Shown here: positions 26,859-38,649 of the stretch, piece by piece | How the letters are laid out: the number at the start of each line of letters is the position of its first letter | Position numbering within the stretch: position 1 is the first letter of the stretch | NCBI GenBank assembly: GCA_051453625.1 | Contig: JBOZIK010000001.1 | Span: 45,753,363 to 45,814,220 of the forward strand | Direction: 5' to 3' | Source: Welwitschia mirabilis | Taxonomy: Eukaryota | Length of the DNA stretch: 60,858 bases | Position numbers and translations under genes: made by a program | Notes under the pieces: model-generated | Database searches by the model: none | What the model was told of the DNA's origin: nothing | What the model saw: only the letters and a program-made list of their open reading frames with translations

Positions 26859-29800
26859 TGTAATGAAGCCTGAATTTTGGACAAAATAAGGTATTAATAG
26901 TTAATATTTTACATTACTTTTTGAACTTTAATACTACATTTATAGGTATTTTTACACTTTTCAAGTGACATGTATCTTAGACATTCAATGAGCTTCAAAT
27001 GATGCATTATGATCTAGTTAAAGGTTTTTTAGGATGCTTGTAGTTGAGAGATCAAGATTGAGGGTAAAAATGTGGATCATAGATGAATACTTCAGCATCG
27101 AATCTTTATAGATGATTCATAGTCCCTTTTCTATCATCATATATCATCATCTTTCTGATGTGATGATGTTGACTCACTCTAACACTAGATGCCTAACATT
27201 GGATGACATCAAAGCTTTTTAGAATAGCAATACCTTGGAAATTGCATTTCAAGAGCCATAATCTATTTATTTCTAGTTATTTTTGAGTTAAAATTAATAA
27301 ATTCATATTATAAGCCTTAAAGGATAAAATTAAATTAAGTTTATTTTTAGATTTTTGGTAGTTATGTATTTAACTACCCATAATGTTGCAGTGCTAGTTT
27401 TAAGGGTAGAATGGCACTATAGTGCTATGTGATAGTTTTGGAAAATCAAGTATGATCACATATGAATTCACAATGGTTTTAGCAACTCGTTAGCTTGCAA
27501 CCAATCCTAAAGTACCTATAAAGATGCTTCTTAGTACTCATACCAATATTACCTTATTATTTTATCATTTTTATGCCAAATTTACCATCCTTAAGCATTG
27601 GAAGAATATTTTCTACCATTTTCTCTCATTTTTATTCATTCCCACTTCTCATCANNNNNNNNNNNNNNNNNNNNNNNNNNNNNNNNNNNNNNNNNNNNNN
27701 NNNNNNNNNNNNNNNNNNNNNNNNNNNNNNNNNNNNNNNNNNNNNNNNNNNNNNNNNNNNNNNNNNNNNNNNNNNNNNNNNNNNNNNNNNNNNNNNNNNN
27801 NNNNNNNNNNNNNNNNNNNNNNNNNNNNNNNNNNNNNNNNNNNNNNNNNNNNNNNNNNNNNNNNNNNNNNNNNNNNNNNNNNNNNNNNNNNNNNNNNNNN
27901 NNNNNNNNNNNNNNNNNNNNNNNNNNNNNNNNNNNNNNNNNNNNNNNNNNNNNNNNNNNNNNNNNNNNNNNNNNNNNNNNNNNNNNNNNNNNNNNNNNNN
28001 NNNNNNNNNNNNNNNNNNNNNNNNNNNNNNNNNNNNNNNNNNNNNNNNNNNNNNNNNNNNNNNNNNNNNNNNNNNNNNNNNNNNNNNNNNNNNNNNNNNN
28101 NNNNNNNNNNNTTCTCATCATCTTTTCTCCCATTTCAATTCATCTCGATGACAATGCAAGGGTGGTGAAGTGCACATGATTAAGTAGTGAAGGAGGAGGA
28201 GATAGCATCAAACTTTATAAGAAATTGAATGGAGAACTAATGAAAAGGGTTGTGCATTCATCTAAAATCAATAAGTGTTTCTTTTCTTTATGTTTTTCAT
28301 GCTTTTAATTACTTGATTTATGCATGTCTGTTACAATGTTCTTTCAATATAATTAGACTTTTTATAGCTCATAGCATAAATAGTACTAATTAGATTGTAG
28401 AAAAATTAGCATCTTCCATAGAATTCTGTGTTTTTAAATTTTTTTGATCACTCCTCCTCAAAATAAATTATTCGCTTTACTCTTATTCTCTCTTTTTTCC
28501 TCCATTCTTTTCATTTTCTAGTACATTTCCCATGATTCCACATTTCTTCTAAGACAATTGATGTTAAATTTCTATTTTCTCCTCTATAATACTAGTAGAA
28601 TGGTCTAAAAATATGTTATTTATGTTTTTCTAAAATTAAAATTATTCTTTTTTTTTGTAACAATTCTTTTCTCTTCTTTCTTCTTTCTCAAAATCAAAGT
28701 AGAATAGTTAACATTAGAGCTTGTTTTAGCCATAGCTTTTTCTATGCAACTCTAATGGTTCTAAAATTTCATTAGTAGATTCCTCTCATCATTTAGAAAC
28801 TTTTTTTTCTCAAAGAGACAGAACCTAGATTTGGCCTCGAAAACCCCTCTTTTGACCATTTTTAGTCTTAGTTGTAGTTTTATTGACAAATTTCTGAAGT
28901 ACAAAATCTTTTTTTTTCATTTTGCACAATGATTTTCTCAATGATTTTTAATGTATTTTTAGAAATTTAAGTTTCTATATTATAATACTATTCAATTACT
29001 TTTATAATATGAAATCCATTTTTTCTCAAGTTTTATAGCTTGCTTAATATTCTCAATCAAAGTAGTGTTAACTATAATGTTTTGTAGTTTTTCTAGATGA
29101 ACTATTTTTATTGCTTGCAATCGATTCCATTAATCTTGAATATTTAGTTTTAGAAACTTCTTTCATGGCATATTTTGAGTACTTTTAGGATTATGAGATT
29201 TTCCAACTTTATTCTTCTGCATTTTCCCTCTTCCTTTTCTTTCTCTTCTTCATTTCTTCTCTTTTTATCAGTCAAAAAAACTTGAAATTAACTAGGATTA
29301 CTTTGATTTAGTGAACATTCCTATGTTGGTTTTTATCAATTTCCTATTTAGTTAAACCTTATTTTGATGTTCCAATGCTTTTATAATTCATTTTATGCTT
29401 AGTAAAAGAGTTATCTTTCAAGTCAAACGTATTGCAATTTAGCCAGAGTCTTGTTATTGTCAACAAGTTTGCCTAGTTAATTTGAAGAATCTAGATTTAT
29501 AAGTGTTATATTTTGATTTTAAATTGATGTACAATTTATATAAAATGAAATATGATGTTTTAATTACCTAAGCACATCCATTTAATATCAATTGAAGATG
29601 TCAACTTTTCAAGGAAAGTTATTTTTACATATGAAAATGATTTAGGTGACTTTAAATTTTTAAACTTTCCTTTTCTTATTCATATGAATTATAAATGATA
29701 TTTATAATATTGTGAATGTTCATAAAAAATTACTTCTTATTTTTTGGTATTTCTATTTTCACATCTTGTGAAATTATTCTTTTATACATGTAGTTTTTCA

Positions 29801-30086
29801 TGGTTACTTTAAGTCATGTGTGTTAAATCAGTTGTATCACACTTCAGAAAAACAGTTGTTTTATCATATTAGGTGATAGTTTAACAGAGAAGTATTCATA
29901 TTTCCATACAAATTCATGTCAAGTATTCCATCAGTTTAATACTTATGTACTTTCACTATATTTTCGATTTCACCTAGAAGATTTCCTTATGATACAATTT
30001 GAACTATCATCTTAAGTACACATTTATTTTTGTAAAATCTCAGAGCATAATTCCTCATATTAAAAATTAAGTTTTTACTTCATTCG
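26859..30086 (+). repeat. 3' LTR of the Athila-type element (start approximate)
   Basis: Homology to the other two copies is visible from ~27365 to 30086. The start is guessed from a TG (TGTAATGAAGCCTGAATTTTGG) after a weak purine tract. Confidence 0.7.
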
Positions 30087-32531
30087 ATCTCTTTCAACTG
30101 TTTTGAGAATAGTGGTTGTTAATTGTTAAATGTCTGTATTAATTCCACTCTAAGGCTTTTTTGAGCTGAATCTTTTCTAAATCATTCAAATTTAGCCAAA
30201 CAACTCTAATAACTAGTCATTTAAGTTGCAATTTTAAAAATACTATCCATATTATGGAATACAGAGGTTTTGGTGATGTAAGATCTTATGAATCAAGCAA
30301 GGGAAAGGCAGACAACTCATTTTCTGAGAACCAATGGTCTTGATCCTTTTGAAAATAAAATGTGGTAAACTTACCTAAATTCCATCCAAGACTTTTATAT
30401 ACATATCTACATGATAACTTATTACTTAAAAGGTTTGTGATCCACTTTATGAATTCCTTAGTAACCCCTATAAAAAATTCTCTAAAGTAAATTTAGAATG
30501 TCCCATTTCTAGCCTCCTACTATTTTCAATGCATAGGCCTTCAAAATACCTTTATTTTTTGCTGTAATAGCAACTCTACTAAATGGTTTTCTTTCCAAAT
30601 AGGGACATTTTCATATGGCATTGCTGTGAATTTTTCAATAATTTTGGGATCAACTCTAATTTTAACGCTGTCAATAAAAGCAAAAAGAACTTTTCCCATA
30701 TTACTAGCAGTATAGAATTGAGTCTCTAATTTGAGGTTACCATAAAAGTGTTTCAATTTCTAAGGGAAGTTTTTATTTTGATAAGAAACTAAATGACCAT
30801 GTCCTAAACTTGTAAATTTGTTATAAATGATTGGGACAAGATGAGAAAAGAATGATAACATATTGATTTCTTCTATGAATATCCAATCAACCATACTAGT
30901 CAATTTGAATCTCTTCTTATTAGTTAGTGCTATCAACTACTGAATTCAATCCTATGCTACACTCTTAATTTCTAGTAGCAAAACCCTTCCTTACTCTTCT
31001 TCTTACTACCTTTGTCTTTTTTTAGCTTGACCCTTTGCATCAAGTAGAATCTATGCTGCAACCTGAGCTTATAGTTATCTTTTAGAGGATATCTCCATAG
31101 GGTCTAGTATTTCTTTTCTTGTTACTACTTTAGTAAGTCTTCTTGACTTTCTTTTGCTACTTGATGGTTCTAACACTTTCCTATGTTTCTTTGATAATTT
31201 CTTAAGTGTCTTTCTAGGTTTAGTATTTTTCTTCTTAGTCTAAACTTCTTCCTAAGCTGAGTTAGATAATCACACGGGATTTGAATGTCTCAAAGTTTTT
31301 ATTAAAATTTTCTCTAAATTATCATGATAAGTAGTAATCTGTTCCTAAGCATTTATATTGGGATCATCCTAATTAAATTTAATTTTCAAGGGAAGAAGAT
31401 TTACTTCTAGTGACCCTTAGACTAGTGGATTTAGAAGATGCAAGGGGATGAGGTAGGGCATCAGTTACAGGCAAATCCTCCTCCTGCTACTCACTAAGAA
31501 ATATTAGCTTTTCTTGACTTGATTCATGATCCTTTACAACCTTCTTCCACTTCATCTGCTCTTTATCAGCCTTATATTTTTTTTCAACTAATTAATAATG
31601 GTTTGATATCTTTTTTGAATACTTCCCTTTATCAATCTTTGATGATCCCTTTATCCTTTGCATTTTCTCCTTTTTGGTTAAACCTATCTGAAGCTTTGTA
31701 AATTTTTGTGGCTTGTTTCTTTTTGTCAAGCTAATTTATTTTCTTTAAACTCTTTAAGGATTGCTGATAACCTAGACTATCTAGGCTAAGCTTTTGTTGT
31801 ACATAAGTGCAAGTGCAGGAGCCACTGGAAGGTTTGAAAACTAAACTTTGTAAAATTTTGTAATTTCTAGTTTTAAATTATTAGTTTCCTACATTGTCCT
31901 GCTAAGCTTGCATAAAGCAGTTGGTTTCCACGTTTTCACCCCTAGTTCAAGAGCATGAAGAAGGTGATATTCTACTAGAAATCAGACACTTCTTACAATA
32001 TAATATTATTCTAGTAAAAGAATTCTAATGGAAGAAGGAATAAAATTCATTAGAAACAGATGTGTTCTCGTATGAGCTCCTATGTTAAAATTTTAATCTA
32101 AAAAATTGAATATAATAGAGCATAAAATCTCATTTTTAAATATCAACTCAAGTAGTGAGAAATACATTATAGTTGCTAGTAGGGATTTGAAAATATACAT
32201 GTTCACATGCTAAAGTTTACTTTTGATTCATATATAAAGAAGAATGGATGTGTAATAGAAAGATTAAGCAGAGGTATTAAATAAAATTAAAGAAATTTGT
32301 TATGGAAAATTAGAAATCGAAATCATGATGTTAAATTGCATTGGAGTTTTCATCAAAGTAGGTTTCTATTTTCGGGCATTTATAGTAGATTTCACTTAAT
32401 CTTAAAACATTCTCATGTCTATGATTCCGACTGTCTTAAGTAATTCTGTCTTAGTATGGATTACGTCAAATCTGACACTTACCTTTAATAGTGAGATTTA
32501 TGATTTACCATCCTAATGATCAATCAATGTT

Positions 32532-32562
<31 letters not shown>

Positions 32563-33399
32563 GAATAAGAANNNNNNNNNNNNNNNNNNNNNNNNNNNNN
32601 NNNNNNNNNNNNNNNNNNNNNNNNNNNNNNNNNNNNNNNNNNNNNNNNNNNNNNNNNNNNNNNNNNNNNNNNNNNNNNNNNNNNNNNNNNNNNNNNNNNN
32701 NNNNNNNNNNNNNNNNNNNNNNNNNNNNNNNNNNNNNNNNNNNNNNNNNNNNNNNNNNNNNNNNNNNNNNNNNNNNNNNNNNNNNNNNNNNNNNNNNNNN
32801 NNNNNNNNNNNNNNNNNNNNNNNNNNNNNNNNNNNNNNNNNNNNNNNNNNNNNNNNNNNNNNNNNNNNNNNNNNNNNNNNNNNNNNNNNNNNNNNNNNNN
32901 NNNNNNNNNNNNNNNNNNNNNNNNNNNNNNNNNNNNNNNNNNNNNNNNNNNNNNNNNNNNNNNNNNNNNNNNNNNNNNNNNNNNNNNNNNNNNNNNNNNN
33001 NNNNNNNNNNNNNNNNNNNNNNNNNNNNNNNNNNNNNNNNNNNNNNNNNNNNNNNNNNNNNNNNNNNNNNNNNNNNNNNNNNNNNNNNNNNNNNNNNNNN
33101 NNNNNNNNNNNNNNNNNNNNNNNNNNNNNNNNNNNNNNNNNNNNNNNNNNNNNNNNNNNNNNNNNNNNNNNNNNNNNNNNNNNNNNNNNNNNNNNNNNNN
33201 NNNNNNNNNNNNNNNNNNNNNNNNNNNNNNNNNNNNNNNNNNNNNNNNNNNNNNNNNNNNNNNNNNNNNNNNNNNNNNNNNNNNNNNNNNNNNNNNNNNN
33301 NNNNNNNNNNNNNNNNNNNNNNNNNNNNNNNNNNNNNNNNNNNNNNNNNNAAAAAGGAAAAAAGAACAAAAGAAAAAAAACATTAAAAAATAGAAAAAC

Positions 33400-33569
33400 A
33401 ATCATGATGTTATACCACAAGCACACCAAGGAAAATATTCCTGAAAGGGGCCTTTGGCAGTGCGATATGATAGCTATAGAAACTCCACTAGGGTGTCAGT
33501 TAGTCATAATCTAGCTTCAGCTTATGGTCCTTATGCTCTTGGGAGTGCTTATACTCCCCTTATCATAAT
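33400..33569 (+). other. Conserved non-coding structured motif, copy B
   Basis: Aligns with 1246-1421. Stems TACCA/TGATA, GCAC/GTGC, CCAAGG/CCTTTGG, CCT-GAAA-GGG and GGGAGT/ACTCCC, closed by ATCATGATG/TATCATAAT. Confidence 0.7.
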
Positions 33570-34420
33570 GGACAGTGTTCTCTAAACACCCCATTGACTG
33601 GATTTTCCTATCACTCTGAAGTTCTGACTCGTCGAGCATTTAGAACGTCGAGCATTTAGAACGTATTGGTCATTAAATGGTAAGTTAGTAAGATCTCACT
33701 TGTTGTTATAGTCGATAATTGAATTGAGTTATAGTCTAAACATTATGTTGATACTTTGCGGGATAACCATAGGCATTATCATAATCACTGCCCTTATCGC
33801 ATGATACTGTATGTTATTTAGCATTAAACCACATGATAACGACATCTAATAATGTTATAATCCATACTAACAGACTTTGCTAGATTAGCATTTAGAGGTG
33901 TAGAAATCAATATTCTTTATGTCCATGTTTATCCATTTTGACCTAATCTTTTCTTAGTATTTGCAATTGATTACCTTAAAGTCATTATTGCATTCACTCC
34001 TACCTGCTTGAGACTAATCCTACTTCCCAATTAGCTTGTTTTGTTTTGGTATCATCCCTTTCCACCACCCTGCCTTGCCACCTTGTGATGTTGCGATAAG
34101 CTACTTTTCCATTGTCACCACCTATCATCCCCTTTCTTTATTTACCACTCTCTTATACCCTAATTCATCCTTGTCCATTTTCATAGTTAGGGTTAGATGT
34201 CACCCTTTTCCATTTTTTGCATTTATCGCTACTCCCCTTCCCTCATATTTTACCATTTCATATCACTTGTGTCATTTTCCCATATCTTTCTCATCCACCT
34301 ATGTTGCCTTTGAAAAAAAGGAAAAAAAGAAAAAAAAGAGAGAAAACTTTAAAAAAAGTGAAAGCCCCAAAAAGAGTACGTGATCATTTTTGACATAAGA
34401 CTCGTCTTTTACCTCACACC

Positions 34421-34949
34421 AAAAAGGGGGTAACAGTAACACCAGCACTCGCTCAACACACCATGGAAGAGGAAGGCGTCCATTCCAAGGATGACAACAT
34501 GGAAGGACAGTTACATTCAGAAAACAATGGCGTCTCGAAAAGAAGACAAGCACAAAACCAACGTTAGAGGGATTACGAGAGATCTAAAAACAGGAAAAGA
34601 TCAGAACAAAGCGAACAAAAACGTGCAAGCTAGAAGGATTAAAAAACAAGCACAGTTGAAAAACAGCATTGAGGAGAAGAACGCACAGAGAGAATGCTAG
34701 GGCACGGAGTGCTAGCTAAAGGCATAGATCAGGATGAAAACAGGATTGCAGGAGGAAAACACGAACGGGTTGAGGAGGAAAACACAGATTACAAGACGAA
34801 GAACGCAACTAGGAGTAAGAGAGTAAGAGCGCTCACAGAAAGTCATGACGAAACGGTACTAGAACAAATTAGAGAGCATAGAATTTAGGAGGGGAAGACG
34901 CATTTCAGAAGAAGACGGCAAAAATGTAGTAGAAGGAGGAGTTGTTACA
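34421..34949 (+). mobile_element. Polypurine tract plus putative ~515-bp 3' LTR (Tat-like)
   Basis: AAAAAGGGGG at 34421-34430, then near-inverted termini AGTAACA (34435) and TGTTACA (ending 34949). No partner LTR was found in the window. Confidence 0.5.
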
Positions 34950-35973
34950 AATCCAGATGGATGAGTTTGCTGAAAATATTCAGTTTTACTTCACTGACAT
35001 AGCCATAGGTCAGCTTTGCCCACTTTCTTCCATTGGTTTTATCTTACATTTTTTAGACTGATTTGCCATGTATCAAATAACTTTAGACATTACCATGTTT
35101 ATGTCATTGTTTTCCAAGGGTTTTAATTGCATCATGAACAAAATTCTAAACATTAAAATATAAAACAAAAATATCCATTTGACTCCAACAGCTAGATCTG
35201 ACACATTCAAATATTGAAACCTCGCTATGAGAATTACAAGAATAAAGTTTTTCTGGAAAGCATACCGCCTAATTTCATAGAATTTTAAATAAAACACAAA
35301 AGAATTTTCATATTTTAAATAATGCTTTGAGGATTGCCATTGAATATTCCATTTTCAATAAATTATGATTAAAAATTCCTCTAAGAGAAAGAGATTTTCG
35401 CATCAACATAGACGTCTAGCTAGCTTACAAAACTCATTATCAGATCTTAGAGAATGAAATAAGGATCATCTTATTTAAACTTAGAATTCACATTTAATTG
35501 TTATGCTTTTGAGTGTGCATTAATATACTTAGTGTCTGATCAAACAGCATCAATAACACAAAAAAAGACAAACTAAACTCAAACTGTCAAAATAACACTA
35601 GACCACGCCTAATAATCCAATGTCAAGAAATAAATTTAAAACTAATATTTGGGTTTAGGAAAATTGCTTAAACCGTTTGATTTTAGGAGGGTTATACGCA
35701 AGTACCATACAATGAGATTAAAACTACTTTCACGTTGTCAAAATTAGTCAAACTAAATCAAATTCAATTCAATTCACTCAAAATGAAATAGCCAAACTTC
35801 ATCAACTAGTTAAATTTAGTGGATAACCTTGCAACGTGAAGGCCAAGTTCCAACACTTACTCAAAGAAAGTCAATGAAAGTCAGTCAAAGTTAATGAAGA
35901 ACAATCAAACCCTGTCAAAAGATTAGTCAAAGTAAATCAAACAATTAAATCTAACTTAAACTTATTTAAATTA

Positions 35974-36291
35974 ATTGCGTACTTTTCTTTTTCCTCCACT
36001 GGCAATCCATTCATCTCCTCCAACACTCTGGTGCCCGCTTCTGCATTCTTCACTTCGAAAATTCCCCAGCCCACACACGCCGCGTAGAGTCTGGCCAGCT
36101 CACTCTTCTTTTGCTGCGTCGATGACCAGAACCTCGGCGTTGATGCTGTAAACGGTGGCGGAGACCCTTTTTCCGCCTGGTCTGATGTATCGTTCCTGCG
36201 CTTTAACGGTGCGGTACTGCGCCATTTCTTGCACGTTGTCCAGTTTGTAAACGCGCTTGCTGGTCCTGCGTCTGCTCTCGTTGCCCTTCAT
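35974..36291 (-). pseudogene. Truncated, frameshifted inverted paralog of the 5' part of the LBO-like gene
   Basis: MKGNESRRRTSKRVYKLDNVQEMAQYRTVKAQERYIRP aligns with MNGDEVKRKSGKSVYQLDDVQELAKGRPAKVPERYIRP. After a deletion and frameshift it continues ELARLYAACVGWGIFEVKNA...VLEEM, then after a second deletion LPVEEKEKYA. The 5' UTR motif CAGAGAGTCAG is also shared. Confidence 0.93.
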
Positions 36292-38239
36292 TCTGCGGAC
36301 GCACTGACTCTCTGCCTTTTACGCAATCCGCGACATAATCGTTACATTATTCCTAGGATTGCAATGGGCGTAATTTTTTAGTGATGCAGAGTTATCTTTC
36401 TGCGTGAGAGAAATAAGAAAATAGTGTCGGTGCGCCGCGGGAAAGATGGAGATTACAGTGTCCTAGTCATCATTATTAAAGTTTCCTAGGGTTGCAATAA
36501 CATCAGGTTCACAATTATTCATTATTTTGAGGAACAAAACCCTCATCACTATTCTTCGTTAATTTTAGGTATGTTTTAATTTTCCAACTTTCTTTTTTAA
36601 AATGTGCTTTCCCATAGTGCCAAAAGTATTCCTTATCCTTTTTCTTGTTCTTTTTACATCATAACTTTCATCCAAATGATTTTTAATTTGATCTTTGCTG
36701 CAACGTGCATCCTCTACATATGAAATCCCCTCTAGAAAACTCTAAAATAAATGCTTTCATTTTAGAGGCATAGTAGTCATTGTACCTATCTCTATTGTTT
36801 CTTTTCATAAAGTAATGTTATAGTGATTGGCTTATATGATAATAGAAGATATTCGAAAAGCATGACGACTTTATCCTTCTCTTTGATCTTGACCTCAATG
36901 TTGAGTAGTTAACAAATCAACTTAATAAAGGAATATAGGTAATCTACAATGGGTATCCCTTTTATTATCTTAAAGTTGTCTGGTTCCATGTCTAGCTATG
37001 GTTTATTTATTAAAGATATAATCATATAAAGTTGGTCTAACTTCTTCCACAATGTAATAGAGGGGTTATTTCCTACTTTAAATATGACTTGGTTTATAAG
37101 GTTCAACTAAATATTACTTTAAACCCATCAAATCCATATCATTCTAATCTTCATTTGATACTCTAGTAGCATTTTATGATTTCCTTTGTTATACCTTGTG
37201 TAGAACTTTTTACATGAGACCCTTCAACTTCATATAGCCATAACCCTCTTTTCTTATTAATACTTTTTTTTTTTTTTGTTGAACCTCGTCATGTTGAAAT
37301 TTACATTTGAAGCCTGAAGAGCATTCTTATTGCACCTAGTACCAATTATTTACTTTTACACCAATTGAAAGTAATGAAATTCATGGGCGTACTCAAATTG
37401 AAGTGTAGATAGACGAAAGAATTCCAAACATGAAATTATGAGGGAAATGGTAGAAAGAAACAATAGAATGCCAAAGAGATGTAATATAAAGAAGTAGAAA
37501 GACATAGAGATTTATATGATTGAATCCAATCTTATCCACCTGATTTAATCAGATCGCATAACTCCTTGACAATGGATGATTCCCTTGAGCTAACACAAAA
37601 AGAGAAGATACAACAATGCTTTATGATATAGCAAAAACAATAACATGCCTCTGTACACTTCTTTGAACAATGCCTTACACACTTTTTTGGCTTATACACA
37701 AAGCTTACTTGCATATCTTCTACTAATGCTCATCCTTTTGTCCCAATTAAATAATGATCGAATAATGTTTAATTTAACAAACCCTAAAATAAACATGTTA
37801 ATATATAAACTTCATAAATTCTTAAGTATGCTTCATTTCAATCACAACTTCAAGCACCAAAAAGTTTGGTGAATGTTGATCACTTACTTTGTTGTTTGCA
37901 ATTTTAATTTGCTATAACTTTACAGTTGAAGTTCTTCTTGTCTTTCACCTGATTTATAATGGCTTGTACATTGAATTTGATTTAATAATACATTTTTTAG
38001 GGTCCGACACCCAAGTGAGTTGTATTTTAAGTGGTCCAAGTCTTAACACAAAAATACATGAATTTTTCATTTCATAATGTGGCCTGTGGAAGTGGGAGGT
38101 GCGTCTTGTGTTGGCTAAAAAGGCGGCCTGAACCCAAAGAGGCAAAAACGGGGCCGTGCGAATAAAGAATCTTTCTTTAAATGGAAGAGAATCTTTTGTA
38201 ATGGTTTCGCATAATGCCTTATCCTAAAACGCCATTCGT

Positions 38240-38245
38240 CACGTG
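38240..38245. promoter_or_regulatory. G-box (CACGTG) about 400 bp upstream of the ATG
   Basis: GTCACGTGT in the CpG-retaining promoter region. A short motif; function not shown. Confidence 0.35.
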
Positions 38246-38575
38246 TAAAAGAAATAAAGTTTGTGCTGCATTATTGAATATTTTATTGAAAATTGTTAAC
38301 CACCTGGTGTTGCTATTGTTCAATATGTTATTGTGTGTTGGAGCAGAAGGAAAGCCAAGGCCCATTTGCAACTCTTTCTTTCGTAGACAAGTCGATTCCT
38401 CGTCACCCAAACAGACCACATGCGACGTCCACAGCACCACCGCCCATCACAACTCTTCCCTTCATAGTGCGTGCACCACCACCACGTCAAACACACTCAC
38501 CACCCAACAACGTCTTCCCTTTCCCAGCAGATTTTTTTAATCCCTGTTTACATGGAAATATCACTTTTCCTTCAC

Positions 38576-38583
38576 TATAAATA
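38576..38583 (+). promoter_or_regulatory. TATA box of the dioxygenase gene
   Basis: CTATAAATAC about 70 bp upstream of the ATG, matching the plant TATA consensus. Confidence 0.75.
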
Positions 38584-38649
38584 CCGCCCGCTTTTCTATC
38601 CTCCGCATAACGGTCATTCCATAGACCACACAGGATACAGAGAGTCAGA

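Larger units (their letters stand above)
15739..30086 (+). mobile_element. Degenerate Athila-type Ty3/gypsy LTR retrotransposon with internal duplications
   Basis: Order is LTR, tRNA-Asp-type PBS, gag, protease, RT, RNase H, integrase, 3' non-coding region, LTR. The 5' end is lost in an N gap. Confidence 0.85.

Noticed and set aside
27524-33514. Long ORFs containing X runs (also at 15561, 16080, 25627, 59742)
   Set aside because: These are artefacts of translating through N gaps.
33630-33664. Perfect 16-bp tandem duplication (CGTCGAGCATTTAGAA x2), and a 60-bp duplication near 21298-21420
   Set aside because: Ordinary slippage or repair duplications inside TE sequence.
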